Positions 28,949-39,434 of a stretch of 64,000 nucleotides of DNA are shown here, piece after piece. Both the position numbers and the translations under genes were made by a program. The notes under the pieces were generated by a model. That model did no database searches and was not told the origin of the DNA. It saw only the letters and a program-made list of their open reading frames with translations. Where the stretch lies: the NCBI GenBank assembly GCA_049515895.1, contig JBEKTQ010000021.1:60740-124739 (forward strand). The letters are read 5' to 3'. The first letter of the stretch is position 1. Each line of letters opens with the position of its first letter. Origin of the DNA: Candidatus Bathyarchaeia archaeon. GTDB taxonomy: Archaea > Thermoproteota > Bathyarchaeia > Bathyarchaeales > Bathycorpusculaceae.

Positions 28949-29093
28949 TTTTTTCCACTCTGTTTTGCTTTTTTTCTCTGTGTTTCTTTTTCTTTGTTTT
29001 TCTTAATTAACGGTTATGAATTTCTAGTCTGTATACAGGATACTTTTAAAATTTTACCCAAATGAAGGGATAATAAGGGGGCGCCTCCGCTGC

Positions 29094-31007
29094 TTAGCCA
29101 GTCTGCTTCACTTTTTCTTGCTCAAATTTCTCGGGGGAAATGTAGTCGCCATATTTGTTTTTGGCTTCGAGTAAGCGTTGACGCTGCAGATACAGGATAC
29201 CGAATAGTTCCAGCGGGGTGTCAGTGACGTTTTCTTGGTAGAAACGTGAGACACGTTCAATCTTCGCCAAGTTTTCTGGGACACGGATGGTGAACTGCTT
29301 GATGTAATCTTCTTTTGGATAGTTTTTGTTCAGCACCTGTTTGAACAACCTGTGTAAATCCTCATATTTGGGTATGTAGCCAGTTGGAGTTTCTAAGGCG
29401 CCAACTTCGTCGTGTACCCTGAGCTCCATCCATTTTATCCAAACATGTTTATCCTGCGTACCATTCAGGTATTTGCCGTTCCCGACTTCTCTGAGGAAAT
29501 AGTTGACTCCGAAGATTACCGGCCGCTTCTTGAGTTTGCGCCCGAAATCCAAGTTATTATGAACGTTTTTTCCAAGCGGGATGGAAATGAAGTCCTGTAT
29601 GCTCATCATATTGATTTCTGGAACGCCTTCTTTGCCAACTGTTGCGAAAGTAGTTACCGTTTCAAGCGAGGCTCCGTAGGCGATGATGCCGTGTTCCCAG
29701 CTGAAACTCTGCTGTACAGGTACGTAAGCCTTGTAGTCACGTCCACCATACATTATTCCGCCGACTTCGATGCCCATCGGATTGTGAAGCTCAGGGTCGC
29801 AGTTCTTTAATGCACTGAGCGCCAGTGTGTAACGTGCGTTTTTGTTGGCTGGCGGAATATCGTTGCCAGTCTCATCTTTTTTGCCGTCAAACCATGCGCC
29901 AGTGTAGTTGCAACCATCTTTGGGAAGCTCTCGTCCCATGCCTAGCCAGTATGGTTTGCCATCCTTAACTAGCACGTTTGAAAAGATAATTTCACCGGGG
30001 TAAGTCAGCAGCTGATAGATCAAGGCGTCATCCTTTGGATTCACATCTTGTATGATTCCGAAAATGCCTGACTCAACGTTAACCGCGTGAGCAGCAGCGT
30101 CTATATCCCTGATATACGCGATATCGTCACCAAGAATTGTTTCTCCCGGAAGCATAGCGGTCGATGTTTTACCGCAAGCACTCGGGAACGCTCCTGCAAA
30201 GAAAGTTTTGCGCCCTCCGGGACCGAACACGCCCATGAGCAGCATGTGTTCTGCCAGCCATCCTTCGCTGCTTGCTTTGCGGATGGCTAGTCGGAAAGCC
30301 AGTTTTTTGAAGCCGACAGAGTTGCCAGCGTACTGGGTGTTTACGCTGTAGATGGTGTTGTCCATGTTATCGATGTAGACGCATTTCTTGTCGTGATCAA
30401 CGCTAATCATGTCGCCATTCAGTTTTCCTGCCGAGTGAACAACACGTAGGAAATCGCTTTTTGGCCCTGCCTTAACAAACTGATCGTACCCTGACCGGTA
30501 AAGAAGGCTTTCAGAATGCGCGACGTACCATGAGTCGGTGCATTGTACACCGAGAATTGTGAAGATTGAATCTTGGGGTCCGAGGCATATGAATCGGACT
30601 ATCATCGTTTTTCCCTGCATGGAATCGCGCAGTAGAGATCTGACCTCCGCTAATCCTTCTTGGCGGTCCATTTGGTTGAGGGCTTTGCTTAGGACTACTC
30701 CTTTGGGTACAAGGTACTTGGTGGCTTGGCGGTCTCGTCCCTGGTCGTATTCGCCGTCAAAATGTACAGTGTGCCCCGGCAATGTCAGGATTGCTTGCTC
30801 TTCTCCGGAAGATATCGCCATTTTGAGAACATGAGCAAGGTCTTCGGCGGAATCGCTGCAGATAAAAATGTCTTTAGGTTGACAAAGATCGCTTTCTTTT
30901 GCAATAAACTCGTGAACATTAGGGTTATCTATGGTGCTTAGTCTTTTGAAGTCCGCGTCACTGAGTTTTGGCTGAAGCGCCTCAAGGTAAGGATTCATTA
31001 TGGCCAT
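29094..31007 (-). CDS. pckG: Phosphoenolpyruvate carboxykinase (GTP)
   Basis: YAGNSVGFKK, WLAEHM, AFPSACGKT, GDDIAY, GGRD, VNYF. Confidence 0.95.
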   Translation of the reverse strand: MAIMNPYLEALQPKLSDADFKRLSTIDNPNVHEFIAKESDLCQPKDIFICSDSAEDLAHVLKMAISSGEEQAILTLPGHTVHFDGEYDQGRDRQATKYLVPKGVVLSKALNQMDRQEGLAEVRSLLRDSMQGKTMIVRFICLGPQDSIFTILGVQCTDSWYVAHSESLLYRSGYDQFVKAGPKSDFLRVVHSAGKLNGDMISVDHDKKCVYIDNMDNTIYSVNTQYAGNSVGFKKLAFRLAIRKASSEGWLAEHMLLMGVFGPGGRKTFFAGAFPSACGKTSTAMLPGETILGDDIAYIRDIDAAAHAVNVESGIFGIIQDVNPKDDALIYQLLTYPGEIIFSNVLVKDGKPYWLGMGRELPKDGCNYTGAWFDGKKDETGNDIPPANKNARYTLALSALKNCDPELHNPMGIEVGGIMYGGRDYKAYVPVQQSFSWEHGIIAYGASLETVTTFATVGKEGVPEINMMSIQDFISIPLGKNVHNNLDFGRKLKKRPVIFGVNYFLREVGNGKYLNGTQDKHVWIKWMELRVHDEVGALETPTGYIPKYEDLHRLFKQVLNKNYPKEDYIKQFTIRVPENLAKIERVSRFYQENVTDTPLELFGILYLQRQRLLEAKNKYGDYISPEKFEQEKVKQTG

Positions 31008-31141
31008 TTCCCTTCAATCTCCAACAACTTTTGAATTAAACATTTTACTCTCTGAGATTTGCATAAGTAAAGATAAACCTTTCGCAATTAAAAGAAAAGT
31101 TGAGGATTGTATCATTCGCCAGTAGGTTTCTTTACATAGAA

Positions 31142-32113
31142 TCAGAGTTCATTTACAGTCCCAGGAATCCTCGGGAACGGTTGACACTCACCGACATGCT
31201 TAACGCCTGCAAGCCAGCCCACTAAACGTTCCATGCCTATTCCGCCACCAGCAGTGGGTTTAAGCTTTCCTTCTTTCGCCATCGTCAAGATCAATGCGTA
31301 GTTTTCTTTTTTGACCTTGTCACGTTCAATCTTCTTAGAGATTTTGCTGAACTCCCATTCTCGCCTGGCGCCTGAAAGCACTTCTCCGAACTGCGGCAGA
31401 AACAAGTCGTAGTTGTCCCACTTGCCCGTTTTAAAGTCTTCATAATCGTAGAATTCTCGCGGTATATTTGTCACCCAAACTGGTTCTTTCGTGTCTTCAG
31501 TTATGCCCGCTTCCCAACCGTCCGCGCCGTATTTAGCTTCAAGTTCCACACGGTCGTAGGTTTTGAATGGAGCCTTCGGAGTCTTGAGTGTGTCACACCG
31601 GCATAGACTAGTTAATTCGTCTTTCATCTCTTTCTTTATGTCTTTGACGAGTTTACTGAGGGCGCTTTCGACAAGAGCGATGATTTCTTTTGAGCTAGCG
31701 TCTCGGGCTTCGAAGTCGAGTTGTGTGAACTCGTAAACGTGTTTGCCTGTCTTGGCACGTTCGGGTTTCTCGATGCGAATATTGGGTGAAAGTATGAAGA
31801 GTTTCGGGTAAGCTGTTGAGGCAGCAACGAGTTTATGGATAATCATGCTTGCGGTCGTACGTACTGGTTTACCGTAGATATCAACTTCGATCCTCTTCTC
31901 TATTGAAGCCCCTGGGTCGGGCCAAAGTGGGTCAGTGCTTTGGCTCAACGCCACAGGAAGAAGCCACTGGTAGCCTTCGCCGACAAATGTTGAGGTTAGG
32001 CTGTTCAACGTGTAAGTCATTATCTTGCCTATGCACGCTTTTCTTTCCAGCTCGTTTGTTGTTAGTTGCTCTAGCGGTTTTGGCATTTGGATTTGTTCTT
32101 GTTTGCCTTTCAT
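31142..32113 (-). CDS. asnA: Archaeal asparagine synthetase A (AsnRS catalytic-domain paralog)
   Basis: TDPLWPD, SMIIHK, SPNIRIE, EFTQLDFE, EVLSG, GGGIGMERL; no anticodon domain. Confidence 0.88.
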   Translation of the reverse strand: MKGKQEQIQMPKPLEQLTTNELERKACIGKIMTYTLNSLTSTFVGEGYQWLLPVALSQSTDPLWPDPGASIEKRIEVDIYGKPVRTTASMIIHKLVAASTAYPKLFILSPNIRIEKPERAKTGKHVYEFTQLDFEARDASSKEIIALVESALSKLVKDIKKEMKDELTSLCRCDTLKTPKAPFKTYDRVELEAKYGADGWEAGITEDTKEPVWVTNIPREFYDYEDFKTGKWDNYDLFLPQFGEVLSGARREWEFSKISKKIERDKVKKENYALILTMAKEGKLKPTAGGGIGMERLVGWLAGVKHVGECQPFPRIPGTVNEL

Positions 32114-32241
32114 TTATGTTCATTCCTTTGTCAATTATTGGATTACCAATATCAAAAGGAGATAATAAATTTTTTATAATAAAACATGCATAAATTACAA
32201 TAAACACAACATTTTATTATCGGTGCTTGTAATATTTACAT

Positions 32242-32757
32242 ATGAGCTCAAAACTTGATGAAAAAGACATAGCCATACTTCTACTCATACAAGAAAACGG
32301 CAAACTAACAGCAAGCCAAATCTCAAAAAAAATTAACTCGCCTATAACAACTGTTTTCGCGAAAATAAAACGCATGGAAGAACTAGATATAATAAAACAA
32401 TACAGAGCCATCCTTTCCCCCGAAAAGCTGAATTTAGGCACCTCAGCCTTTATCTTGGCATCAGTCTCATACACAACAAAAACCGACGACGCCCCAATTT
32501 CCCAAAGAGCTGTTGCTGAAGAAATAGCGCGGTTTCCCGAAGTCCAAGAAGTTCACATAATCACTGGTGACTGGGATTTGCTGGTGAAACTTCGCGCAGA
32601 AAACGTAGATGCAATCGGCAAATTCGTGGTTGATAAGTTGCGGTTGATCAAGGGTTTGGAGAGGACTCTGACATGCATGGTTTTTGAAACGGTAAAGGAA
32701 ACCACGAGCCTTCCCCAGCCGTTAAAGAGGGTTGCAACGAATCACTCTAAATCTTGA
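32242..32757 (+). CDS. Lrp/AsnC family regulator, divergent from asnA
   Basis: LDEKDIAIL HTH; ITGDWDLLVK RAM domain. Confidence 0.92.
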   Translation: MSSKLDEKDIAILLLIQENGKLTASQISKKINSPITTVFAKIKRMEELDIIKQYRAILSPEKLNLGTSAFILASVSYTTKTDDAPISQRAVAEEIARFPEVQEVHIITGDWDLLVKLRAENVDAIGKFVVDKLRLIKGLERTLTCMVFETVKETTSLPQPLKRVATNHSKS

Positions 32758-33187
32758 CTTCGGAACTGCTTGAGTAATATAGAAGTGGCAGAGCAAGAAG
32801 TACGGTGTTCTTTCCTTTACTTGTTAAAGCATAATCTACCCTCAGCGGCGGACCAGCTGAAACGTTTCTCGTGACGTAACCGTGCGCACAAAGCATTTTC
32901 AGCTTATCCGAAAGCGTCCGCGAGTTAACGGTCAAGATTCTTTTGATTTCTCCAAAGCCGATGGAGTCCTTAAGCAGAAGAGAATAAAGGATTTCAAGGC
33001 TCCACTTCTGGAAAAGCAGGTTGAAGGTTTCTTGCAGGCTGTCGATTTCTTCTTTCAACTCGCCCGGGGTTATCTTCTGAGTTTCGATTATCTGGTTAAA
33101 CGTGGCTTCCACGCCTTTGAGTACTTGATCCATGCGGGCTTCAACGATTTTGCGGAATTCTGCGCTCAAAGTTAAGGGGGCACTCAT
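32747..33187 (-). CDS. HxlR-family winged-helix regulator
   Basis: KWSLEIL, RTLSDKLK, PLRVDYALT. Confidence 0.88.
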   Translation of the reverse strand: MSAPLTLSAEFRKIVEARMDQVLKGVEATFNQIIETQKITPGELKEEIDSLQETFNLLFQKWSLEILYSLLLKDSIGFGEIKRILTVNSRTLSDKLKMLCAHGYVTRNVSAGPPLRVDYALTSKGKNTVLLALPLLYYSSSSEVKI

Positions 33188-33291
33188 CTGGTTTACACTC
33201 GGTGTGGTTTAGCTCACTTCCAAGTTTATTAAGGTTTACATATACAACAAGGTATACAAAATACAGCAGAAAGAGTTCGGAGGAGAAAGAT

Positions 33292-34653
33292 TTGGAAAAT
33301 TACGACGCCGTGGTAGTGGGCGCAGGAACAGCAGGCTGCCTCACAGCGAAAACCATCGCTGAATCAGGCTTAAAAGTTTGCCTAGTAGAAAAGAAAAAAC
33401 AAGAGCAGATAGGCGAAAAAATCTGCGGCGACGCATTGGGTGAACATCACCTAAAATTCTTGGGGCTTGAAAAACCCACAGGCGGCGAGTTAGAAGCAAA
33501 AATTGACGGAATAAAAATCTATTCCCCAGACGAAAACACCATCTTCACCATAGCAGATAAGGACTTCATCGGTTTTCTGCTAAACAGACGATTATTCGGG
33601 CAGTGGCTGCTAAAGAAAGCAACCGACAAGGGCGCGTTTCTGCAAGATAACATGAATTTCCGTTCACCCATAATTGAGAAAGGCGCAGTAGCAGGCATAA
33701 CTGCAAAAAACATGAAAACTGGCAAAGTTACAGAGATACGAAGTAGGATTGTGGTTGACGCTACTGGCTACTTTGGAATGGTACGAAAACAACTACCTGC
33801 CGAGATGGGCATAGATCGCGACATAGCAAACGAAGACGTCGAAGCATGCTACCGAGAAATTCGTCAACTCAAACAAGAAACCGAAAATACCCGCTTCTGC
33901 GAAATCTATCTTAACCAAAAAGCTTCGCCAGGTGGCTACATCTGGATTTTCCCAAAAGGAGGCGCCCGGGTCAACGTGGGCATAGGCACTTGCATGCGTA
34001 AAAACTATCCTAACCCCAAACAGCAACTCTATGAGACAGCCTTTAAGAAACCAATCTTCGAGGGCTCCACGGTTTTGACTGGCGGCTCATGGTTTGATCC
34101 AGTACGTAGACCATTAGACAACATGGTTTCAAATGGTGTCGTATTGACTGGTGATGCCGCTTCATTAGTTAATCCAATTCACGGCGGCGGCATTGGACCT
34201 TCAATGATTAGCGGCTATCTCGCAGGACAACAAATCGTTGAAGCCCTAAGCAAAGGTGAACCGACAAAAGAGGCACTTTGGGGCTACAACAAGAAATACA
34301 TCGACACCTATGGCAAGAAACAGGGAACCCTTGACATTTTCAAGATGTTCCTGTTATCCTGTAGTGACGCGGACCTTAACTATGGCATGAACGAGAAACT
34401 GATGACTGAAGATGACGTTCTGAAAGCAGGCATGGGCGACGACTTCCATCTAAACATTACGGAAACTGCAAAGCGCGTGTTCCGCGGCATACGACGCGTA
34501 GGATTCCTCAACAAACTTCGCTTAACCGTTACAATGATGCGGGGACTCAGCGCTCACTACAACACGTACCCAGCCTCGCCGCAAAGCTTTGAGCCATGGC
34601 GACTACAAACCGTAAAACTCATTGAAGAGGCCAGACACAAACTCGTAGAATAG
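33292..34653 (+). CDS. Geranylgeranyl reductase family FAD oxidoreductase
   Basis: GGAGG SD before TTG 33292; VVGAGTAG, KICGD, PGGYIWIFPK, GDAA, PIHGGGI. Confidence 0.9.
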   Translation: MENYDAVVVGAGTAGCLTAKTIAESGLKVCLVEKKKQEQIGEKICGDALGEHHLKFLGLEKPTGGELEAKIDGIKIYSPDENTIFTIADKDFIGFLLNRRLFGQWLLKKATDKGAFLQDNMNFRSPIIEKGAVAGITAKNMKTGKVTEIRSRIVVDATGYFGMVRKQLPAEMGIDRDIANEDVEACYREIRQLKQETENTRFCEIYLNQKASPGGYIWIFPKGGARVNVGIGTCMRKNYPNPKQQLYETAFKKPIFEGSTVLTGGSWFDPVRRPLDNMVSNGVVLTGDAASLVNPIHGGGIGPSMISGYLAGQQIVEALSKGEPTKEALWGYNKKYIDTYGKKQGTLDIFKMFLLSCSDADLNYGMNEKLMTEDDVLKAGMGDDFHLNITETAKRVFRGIRRVGFLNKLRLTVTMMRGLSAHYNTYPASPQSFEPWRLQTVKLIEEARHKLVE

Positions 34654-34715
34654 GCAGCCTACACATAACTTTTCTTTTTTGATTCTTCTTTTTTTCAGTT
34701 CATAAAGGCTTAAAT

Positions 34716-35102
34716 TTGCAGTGTCACATGGATATTTACGGTGAAAAAATGGTTTACTGTTCAAACTGCGGTGCAAAAATAGATGATGAAGCCTATTTCT
34801 GCCCAAAATGCGGAACAAAAACAGAAAAGGGTAAAGCTGCAAAAGCACTTTATCCCGCCGATGAGTTGAGAGATGCTTTTTATCAAGTCGGAATAGAACT
34901 TGAGAGAGCCTTCAACATGGCGGCGCGCGAGACGCATTCAGCGATTCAGAGGGCAAGAGAAAATTTGCAGCAAAAACCGCCAAGACAACAAACTGTAACT
35001 TGCTCCAAATGCACCACACAGAATCCCAACAGCTCAGTTTTCTGTTACAGCTGCGGCACAAGACTTAGGCCTGCTGAAGAGTCGCATGGCAGTGGCGTTT
35101 GA
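34716..35102 (+). CDS. Double zinc-ribbon domain protein (start probably ATG 34749)
   Basis: CSNCG...FCPKCG and CSKC...FCYSCG. Confidence 0.85.
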   Translation: MQCHMDIYGEKMVYCSNCGAKIDDEAYFCPKCGTKTEKGKAAKALYPADELRDAFYQVGIELERAFNMAARETHSAIQRARENLQQKPPRQQTVTCSKCTTQNPNSSVFCYSCGTRLRPAEESHGSGV

Positions 35103-35584
35103 TGGCTGCTGAAACCCGCGGCAAAACGCTTATCGCCTATGAAACGAAGGGCGGCGCGACTGAAGAGGCGGCACGGAAAATCGCGGATGTATTGCGTTCC
35201 AAATACCAATTAGAAGTTGACTTGGTTGATCTTAAGGAGCAAAAAGTCCCTGATCTGGCACAGTATCAAAGCGTAGTTGTCGGGGGCGGCGTTCGGGGCG
35301 GTAGAGTTTACAGCAAAGCGTTAAAGTTTCTCAAAAATGATTTCACTGACAAACGATTAGCTTTTTTTGTTTCCTCTTCTTGGGCCGGTACGCCAGGAAG
35401 CTATGAAGATGCAAAAGCCAAATTCGTCGAAAATACTCTCACTAAATACCCAAATATTAATCCAGTATCGACAGAAGCCTTCGGTGGGCGCATAAGAATC
35501 CTGAGAAAAACCATGGTGGATAATACAGACTTGGCTAAGGTAGAGGCTTGGGCAGAAGAGCTTGGAAAAAAATTCACGCAATGA
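35099..35584 (+). CDS. Flavodoxin-like (HemG-type) protein
   Basis: IAYETKGGATEEAA, VVVGG, AFGGRI. Confidence 0.85.
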   Translation: MMAAETRGKTLIAYETKGGATEEAARKIADVLRSKYQLEVDLVDLKEQKVPDLAQYQSVVVGGGVRGGRVYSKALKFLKNDFTDKRLAFFVSSSWAGTPGSYEDAKAKFVENTLTKYPNINPVSTEAFGGRIRILRKTMVDNTDLAKVEAWAEELGKKFTQ

Positions 35585-35786
35585 TAGGCCTGACACCAAA
35601 AGCGGTGCGCTGCTTTGTCCAATTTGCTGCGTTGAATACGTTGAAGTAGAATTTGACTTTGAGGCTGACGGCGTAGTACTGCATAAAGTAAAAGCGCTCA
35701 GGTGCCCAGCATGCCAGGAAGAGCGGTTTACGGCTGAACAGGTCGCAGCAATCGCCAAAAGAATCAGTGAGATGACTGCCCCTTAA
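35562..35786 (+). CDS. Small YgiT/MqsA-type zinc-finger protein
   Basis: CPIC...VKALRCPACQEE. Confidence 0.7.
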   Translation: MEKNSRNDRPDTKSGALLCPICCVEYVEVEFDFEADGVVLHKVKALRCPACQEERFTAEQVAAIAKRISEMTAP

Positions 35787-35848
35787 AAGTTGGTTGCTTA
35801 CCTAGCGTGCGTTATGTCGCTTAAGGGCTAGCTTTGGAAGCAGGACAA

Positions 35849-35923
35849 TTGTCAACTTGACTTCGCAAGCTTTTAGGTCTAGGAAGCGAAAACAACCAAT
35901 TTGTCAACTCGACTTCGCAAACT
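35849..35923 (+). repeat. Two 23-bp direct repeats TTGTCAACT(T/C)GACTTCGCAA(G/A)CT, 52-bp period
   Basis: 35849-35871 and 35901-35923, 21/23 identical. Confidence 0.75.
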
Positions 35924-36387
35924 CTTGCAAAACTCACCACACAAACAAGTGAATTATGCTTTGTAAAAACCGTTATCTTAGATGAGCTAGTATGACAAAT
36001 CTCAAATCAGGCGTTTAGAGTGATATCAAGACACAGAAATCAGCATAATAAGGTAGGAAAAAATAGAACAAATCCAAAGAATTATGGTAAAAAGGAAAAT
36101 GCTCATTTGCAAAAGTCTGTGGGGAAACAAAGTTTTAATCGTTCTATATTTAGTTGCGATTGATAAAGCCCGTAAAAAATCGCATAATTGAACACGAAAA
36201 ATTGAAGGTACCGAGCCAAAGTGTACAAATCTTCGCAAATGAAATCCCGAAAGTCCTCTCAAAAAATCATAAATGGAAATTACAAGCAGCGAAACAGGAA
36301 TGTTGAGAAACCAATGGGAAATAAAAGCAAACGCACTAAAAAAGAGTTCAAAGATTTCATGCTATTCTTAACAGGTGCTGATAATTA

Positions 36388-37110
36388 GTGCGGAAAGGGG
36401 AAGCGCGAAGTATCCCTTTAATGCAAGTAATAATAGCCGCGTTGAATGAAGAACAGGGCATAGGTTTCACGATTGCTGAGCTCAATGATACCCTTGGGTG
36501 CCCACGTGTTCTAGTAGTTGACGGAAGAAGCACCGATCGTACCGCCGAGATAGCCAAGCGAATGGGTGCCAACGTGGTTTTCCAAGACGGATTAGGTAAG
36601 GGCGATGCGCTAGCAAAGGCATTTGAGAACTCGGATTTATCGGTTGATTACATTGTTTTGACTGACGCAGACTATACCTACCCAGCCGAATACGTCCTGA
36701 AAATGATTCGGATTCTTGAGAAGAACCTCGATGTGGGTATGGTCTGCGGCAACCGTTTCACTGCTAAATTAGACTTGAGAGCTTTGAATAGCATTTTCTA
36801 CTTAGGTAACCGAATCCTAGCTTTAAGCCATTACTTACTAAACGGAGTTTCATTAATTGATCCGTTGACCGGGTTGCGAGTAGTGCGAGCGGAAATCCTC
36901 AGGAACTGGAAAGTGAAATCCAAAGGCTTTGACGTTGAGGTTGAGCTTAATCGCCACGTGGAGCAGGAAGGGTTTGGCATCGTTGAAGTCCCTATTACGT
37001 ATCGAGAAAGAGTGGGCGAGAAGAAACTAGGAGTTAAGCATGGTGCCGAGATTTTGATGCGTATGATTTTGGAAAGCAACGCTTTAAACGTTAATTTTAA
37101 GATAAAATGA
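36388..37110 (+). CDS. GT2 glycosyltransferase (Dol-P-mannose synthase-like)
   Basis: ALNEE, VDGRSTDRT, GKGDA, TDADYTYP, DPLTGLR, FDVEVE. Confidence 0.9.
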   Translation: MRKGEARSIPLMQVIIAALNEEQGIGFTIAELNDTLGCPRVLVVDGRSTDRTAEIAKRMGANVVFQDGLGKGDALAKAFENSDLSVDYIVLTDADYTYPAEYVLKMIRILEKNLDVGMVCGNRFTAKLDLRALNSIFYLGNRILALSHYLLNGVSLIDPLTGLRVVRAEILRNWKVKSKGFDVEVELNRHVEQEGFGIVEVPITYRERVGEKKLGVKHGAEILMRMILESNALNVNFKIK

Positions 37111-37382
37111 CCTTCGGTGCTTCTAAGATCCTGTCCACTGAAAAACAAAAAAGTTCGGCTGCGTAAGAAAAATCTTGTCGACAAAGAAAAAACGCGTCGA
37201 TGGATTTTTTGTCATCACGAGGTGGCGAAATCTCCCGCATGCCTTCCTCTTTTTTTAAAGCGACCTAATCATCTGGTTTGTTAGGAATATGTTCAACCTT
37301 GAAAGTGCAATATTACATTTTGGCGAGGAAAAAAAATCAGTATTGTTGCTTATTTGTAATCACAATTCTTTAAATATTTAGT

Positions 37383-37652
37383 TTGGCAAATATTTTGTAT
37401 TCTAGGTTAATTTGTATGGATTTTTCCGAAGCGGTGGAGTTCTCAAAGAAATTTCCCATTTATTGTCCAAAAATATTCATAGGTTTTGCAGAGTGGGGTA
37501 TTTGTGATGCTAAAACGGACGGCTATGTGGTTTTTGCTGACGCCGCTTTAACCAAGAAACCAGGTCTTAACGAGTTGGAAGATTATGTTAGGAGCCATAA
37601 ACTGAGAATAGACTACGGCGGCGATTATTTGATGATTTCCACCTTTTGCTAA
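37383..37652 (+). CDS. Hypothetical protein (start probably ATG 37416)
   Basis: Plausible globular ORF; TTTAAAT upstream. Confidence 0.55.
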   Translation: MANILYSRLICMDFSEAVEFSKKFPIYCPKIFIGFAEWGICDAKTDGYVVFADAALTKKPGLNELEDYVRSHKLRIDYGGDYLMISTFC

Positions 37653-37903
37653 TTTCTTGGGCCATAAATGATAAACGAGCTGCCTAAATCTCTCATGGCT
37701 AACTTGTGTCTCTCAAGAACAGCATCAATGCATTTTCTCAAGTAATCGTCAAGTGCACAGTTTATTTTCAATTCAAAAGAAGAACCCTCTGCTTTAGTTA
37801 GGACTATGGGTGAAATGGAAACGCTGCTCATTGATAATGATCCATCGCATTCGCTCAGAATCTCACGTAGCACCTTAACTGTTTCTTTTCTATCCATAGC
37901 CAT
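37649..37903 (-). CDS. Hypothetical small protein
   Basis: 84-aa ORF with alpha/beta pattern. Confidence 0.6.
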   Translation of the reverse strand: MAMDRKETVKVLREILSECDGSLSMSSVSISPIVLTKAEGSSFELKINCALDDYLRKCIDAVLERHKLAMRDLGSSFIIYGPRN

Positions 37904-38136
37904 CGCTAACTTGATTCCTAACTAGCCATATTAAACATTATGTCGTAAAGGGCCATCTCTTCTTTCCGATGAGAATATCACCAATGTCAGCGCAAACCAA
38001 AGAAAAAGGGCTTACCAACATGAATTTTGATCTGAAAGATAGGGAAATTAATGCGAGCTTTTAGATTAATCGTCGTGTTTTCAACGACGCACAAACCGTT
38101 AATTCTGTTTTCAGATACCTATATGACTGGTTAAGT

Positions 38137-38412
38137 ATGAGGCGTTCTAAAATAGAAATGTACTTGGATATACTGAAGATCTTGGCTCACAGGGGTCCAT
38201 TGAAGCTGACGCATGTAATGTACAAGGCTAATGTCAACTGCAAAATGCTAAAGGAGTACCTTGACTTCTTAATCAAACAGGGGCTGGTGGAAGAAAAAAT
38301 CCTTAAACGGCAAAAAATTGTCTACTCAATCACCCAGCGTGGTGTGACGGTGCTAAAGCAGTTCAGAGAGCTCAAAGACGTTCTTCCTACAGTTGAGAAA
38401 ACTGGAATTTAA
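38137..38412 (+). CDS. Winged-helix DNA-binding protein (archaeal HTH_45-like)
   Basis: RRSKIEMYLDIL, THVMYKANVN, YSITQRG. Confidence 0.85.
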   Translation: MRRSKIEMYLDILKILAHRGPLKLTHVMYKANVNCKMLKEYLDFLIKQGLVEEKILKRQKIVYSITQRGVTVLKQFRELKDVLPTVEKTGI

Positions 38413-38670
38413 GGTCCGCGAAAATGAATTTGATCAGTTCTGCAGCTTAGACGGCCAAAGTCTATGTGGGGTCCGAACCAAATGCTTCCAAATCATACAC
38501 AGCCTAAATAATCGGTACGCATAATTTGTATGTTTTAACCCTGCTTAAAAGATTCTTTTTGTTTAAGGGGCAGGGCACTATACACTCAGCCGTGGGAAAG
38601 GTCTATTGATTAAGTATTTTTTCCGATTTTGAAGTTGACCTCATGTAACTATTAGACCAGCATCCGAAAC

Positions 38671-38802
38671 TCATGCCTTAAAAGCAGTACAATAGCAACC
38701 CTTAACCTGACAACTTCCATTCTTGTCGTGCTCATCATACCTGTGACCGCAATTTGAACATCTGTCAAAAGGTCGTCCCTTATCACTACTGTTGCTGTTC
38801 AT
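38671..38802 (-). CDS. 43-aa Cys/His-rich metal-binding microprotein (not in ORF track)
   Basis: MNSNSSDKGRPFDRCSNCGHRYDEHDKNGSCQVKGCYCTAFKA*; ATG at 38802, TGA at 38671-38673. Confidence 0.65.
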   Translation of the reverse strand: MNSNSSDKGRPFDRCSNCGHRYDEHDKNGSCQVKGCYCTAFKA

Positions 38803-38990
38803 TATATAATATTCCAGCGCCGAGTTTGCCAATTTACTATTCCCCTGTCTTTCTAAACCCTAAAATCTAGATATCCATAGAGGCTGGTTTTCCAGTTAAG
38901 TCTTTTGATAAATGCCAAATAATGCAATACGTGTGTGTGCATGTACTAACATGTATAGGAAGAGTAATTCTTTAGGCTAGCAATCAATAG

Positions 38991-39203
38991 CACTCCAACA
39001 GAGAAGCCAGAAGAATCACTTACAAATCGAAATCTCAGTCCCTTGTGGCACCGGAGCATCAATGGATCTTTCTTACCATAGCTGCGCTGTTTGCAATTTC
39101 CGTAGCGGCGTTGTTTTGCATCAGAATTCGAAGAGCAAGCGCTATTCGCGCGGTCACTGGTCTACGAGGTCCAGTAAAACACCAACCCAACTCACTATTC
39201 TAA
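38991..39203 (+). pseudogene. Possible remnant of a surface-protein C-terminal anchor (PE-TM-basic), or a tiny membrane protein from GTG 39045
   Basis: Open frame ...SQSLVAPEHQWIFLTIAALFAISVAALFCIRIRR...; no ATG. Confidence 0.3.
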
Positions 39204-39434
39204 GCAACAGGTTTAAACGCGTATTTAGAGACCAAAAACAGAATCAGCCAAGCCTTACGAAGCAACGTTTAATGGCACTACAGATGCATTCTACCGTAAG
39301 CCCAAGCGGTCCGGCCGTTTTAAAGCGGGATAATAACGATGAAAAGCAGGTCGTAAGGTTTTTATGCTCCTCTTAAGTTTCATAGGTGGCACCAACATAT
39401 ATTAAACAGAAAAATAATGGATTGATGGACCGAA

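Noticed and set aside
33202-33291. N-terminal extension of the reductase ORF
   Set aside because: Strong SD before TTG 33292, where the Rossmann motif begins; the extension overlaps the promoter
35849-35923. CRISPR array
   Set aside because: Only two repeats, no cas genes, no typical repeat end; kept as a plain repeat
36026-36262. 78-aa hydrophobic minus-strand ORF
   Set aside because: No convincing start or motif; hydrophobicity follows from T-rich sequence
38473-38487. Inverted match to 52545-52560 (AAGCATTT(A)GGTTCGG), tRNA T-loop-like
   Set aside because: A 15-mer with an indel is expected by chance in 64 kb; no cloverleaf
39062-39376. 104-aa ORF upstream of rps10
   Set aside because: No motif and atypical composition; another frame explains the region better
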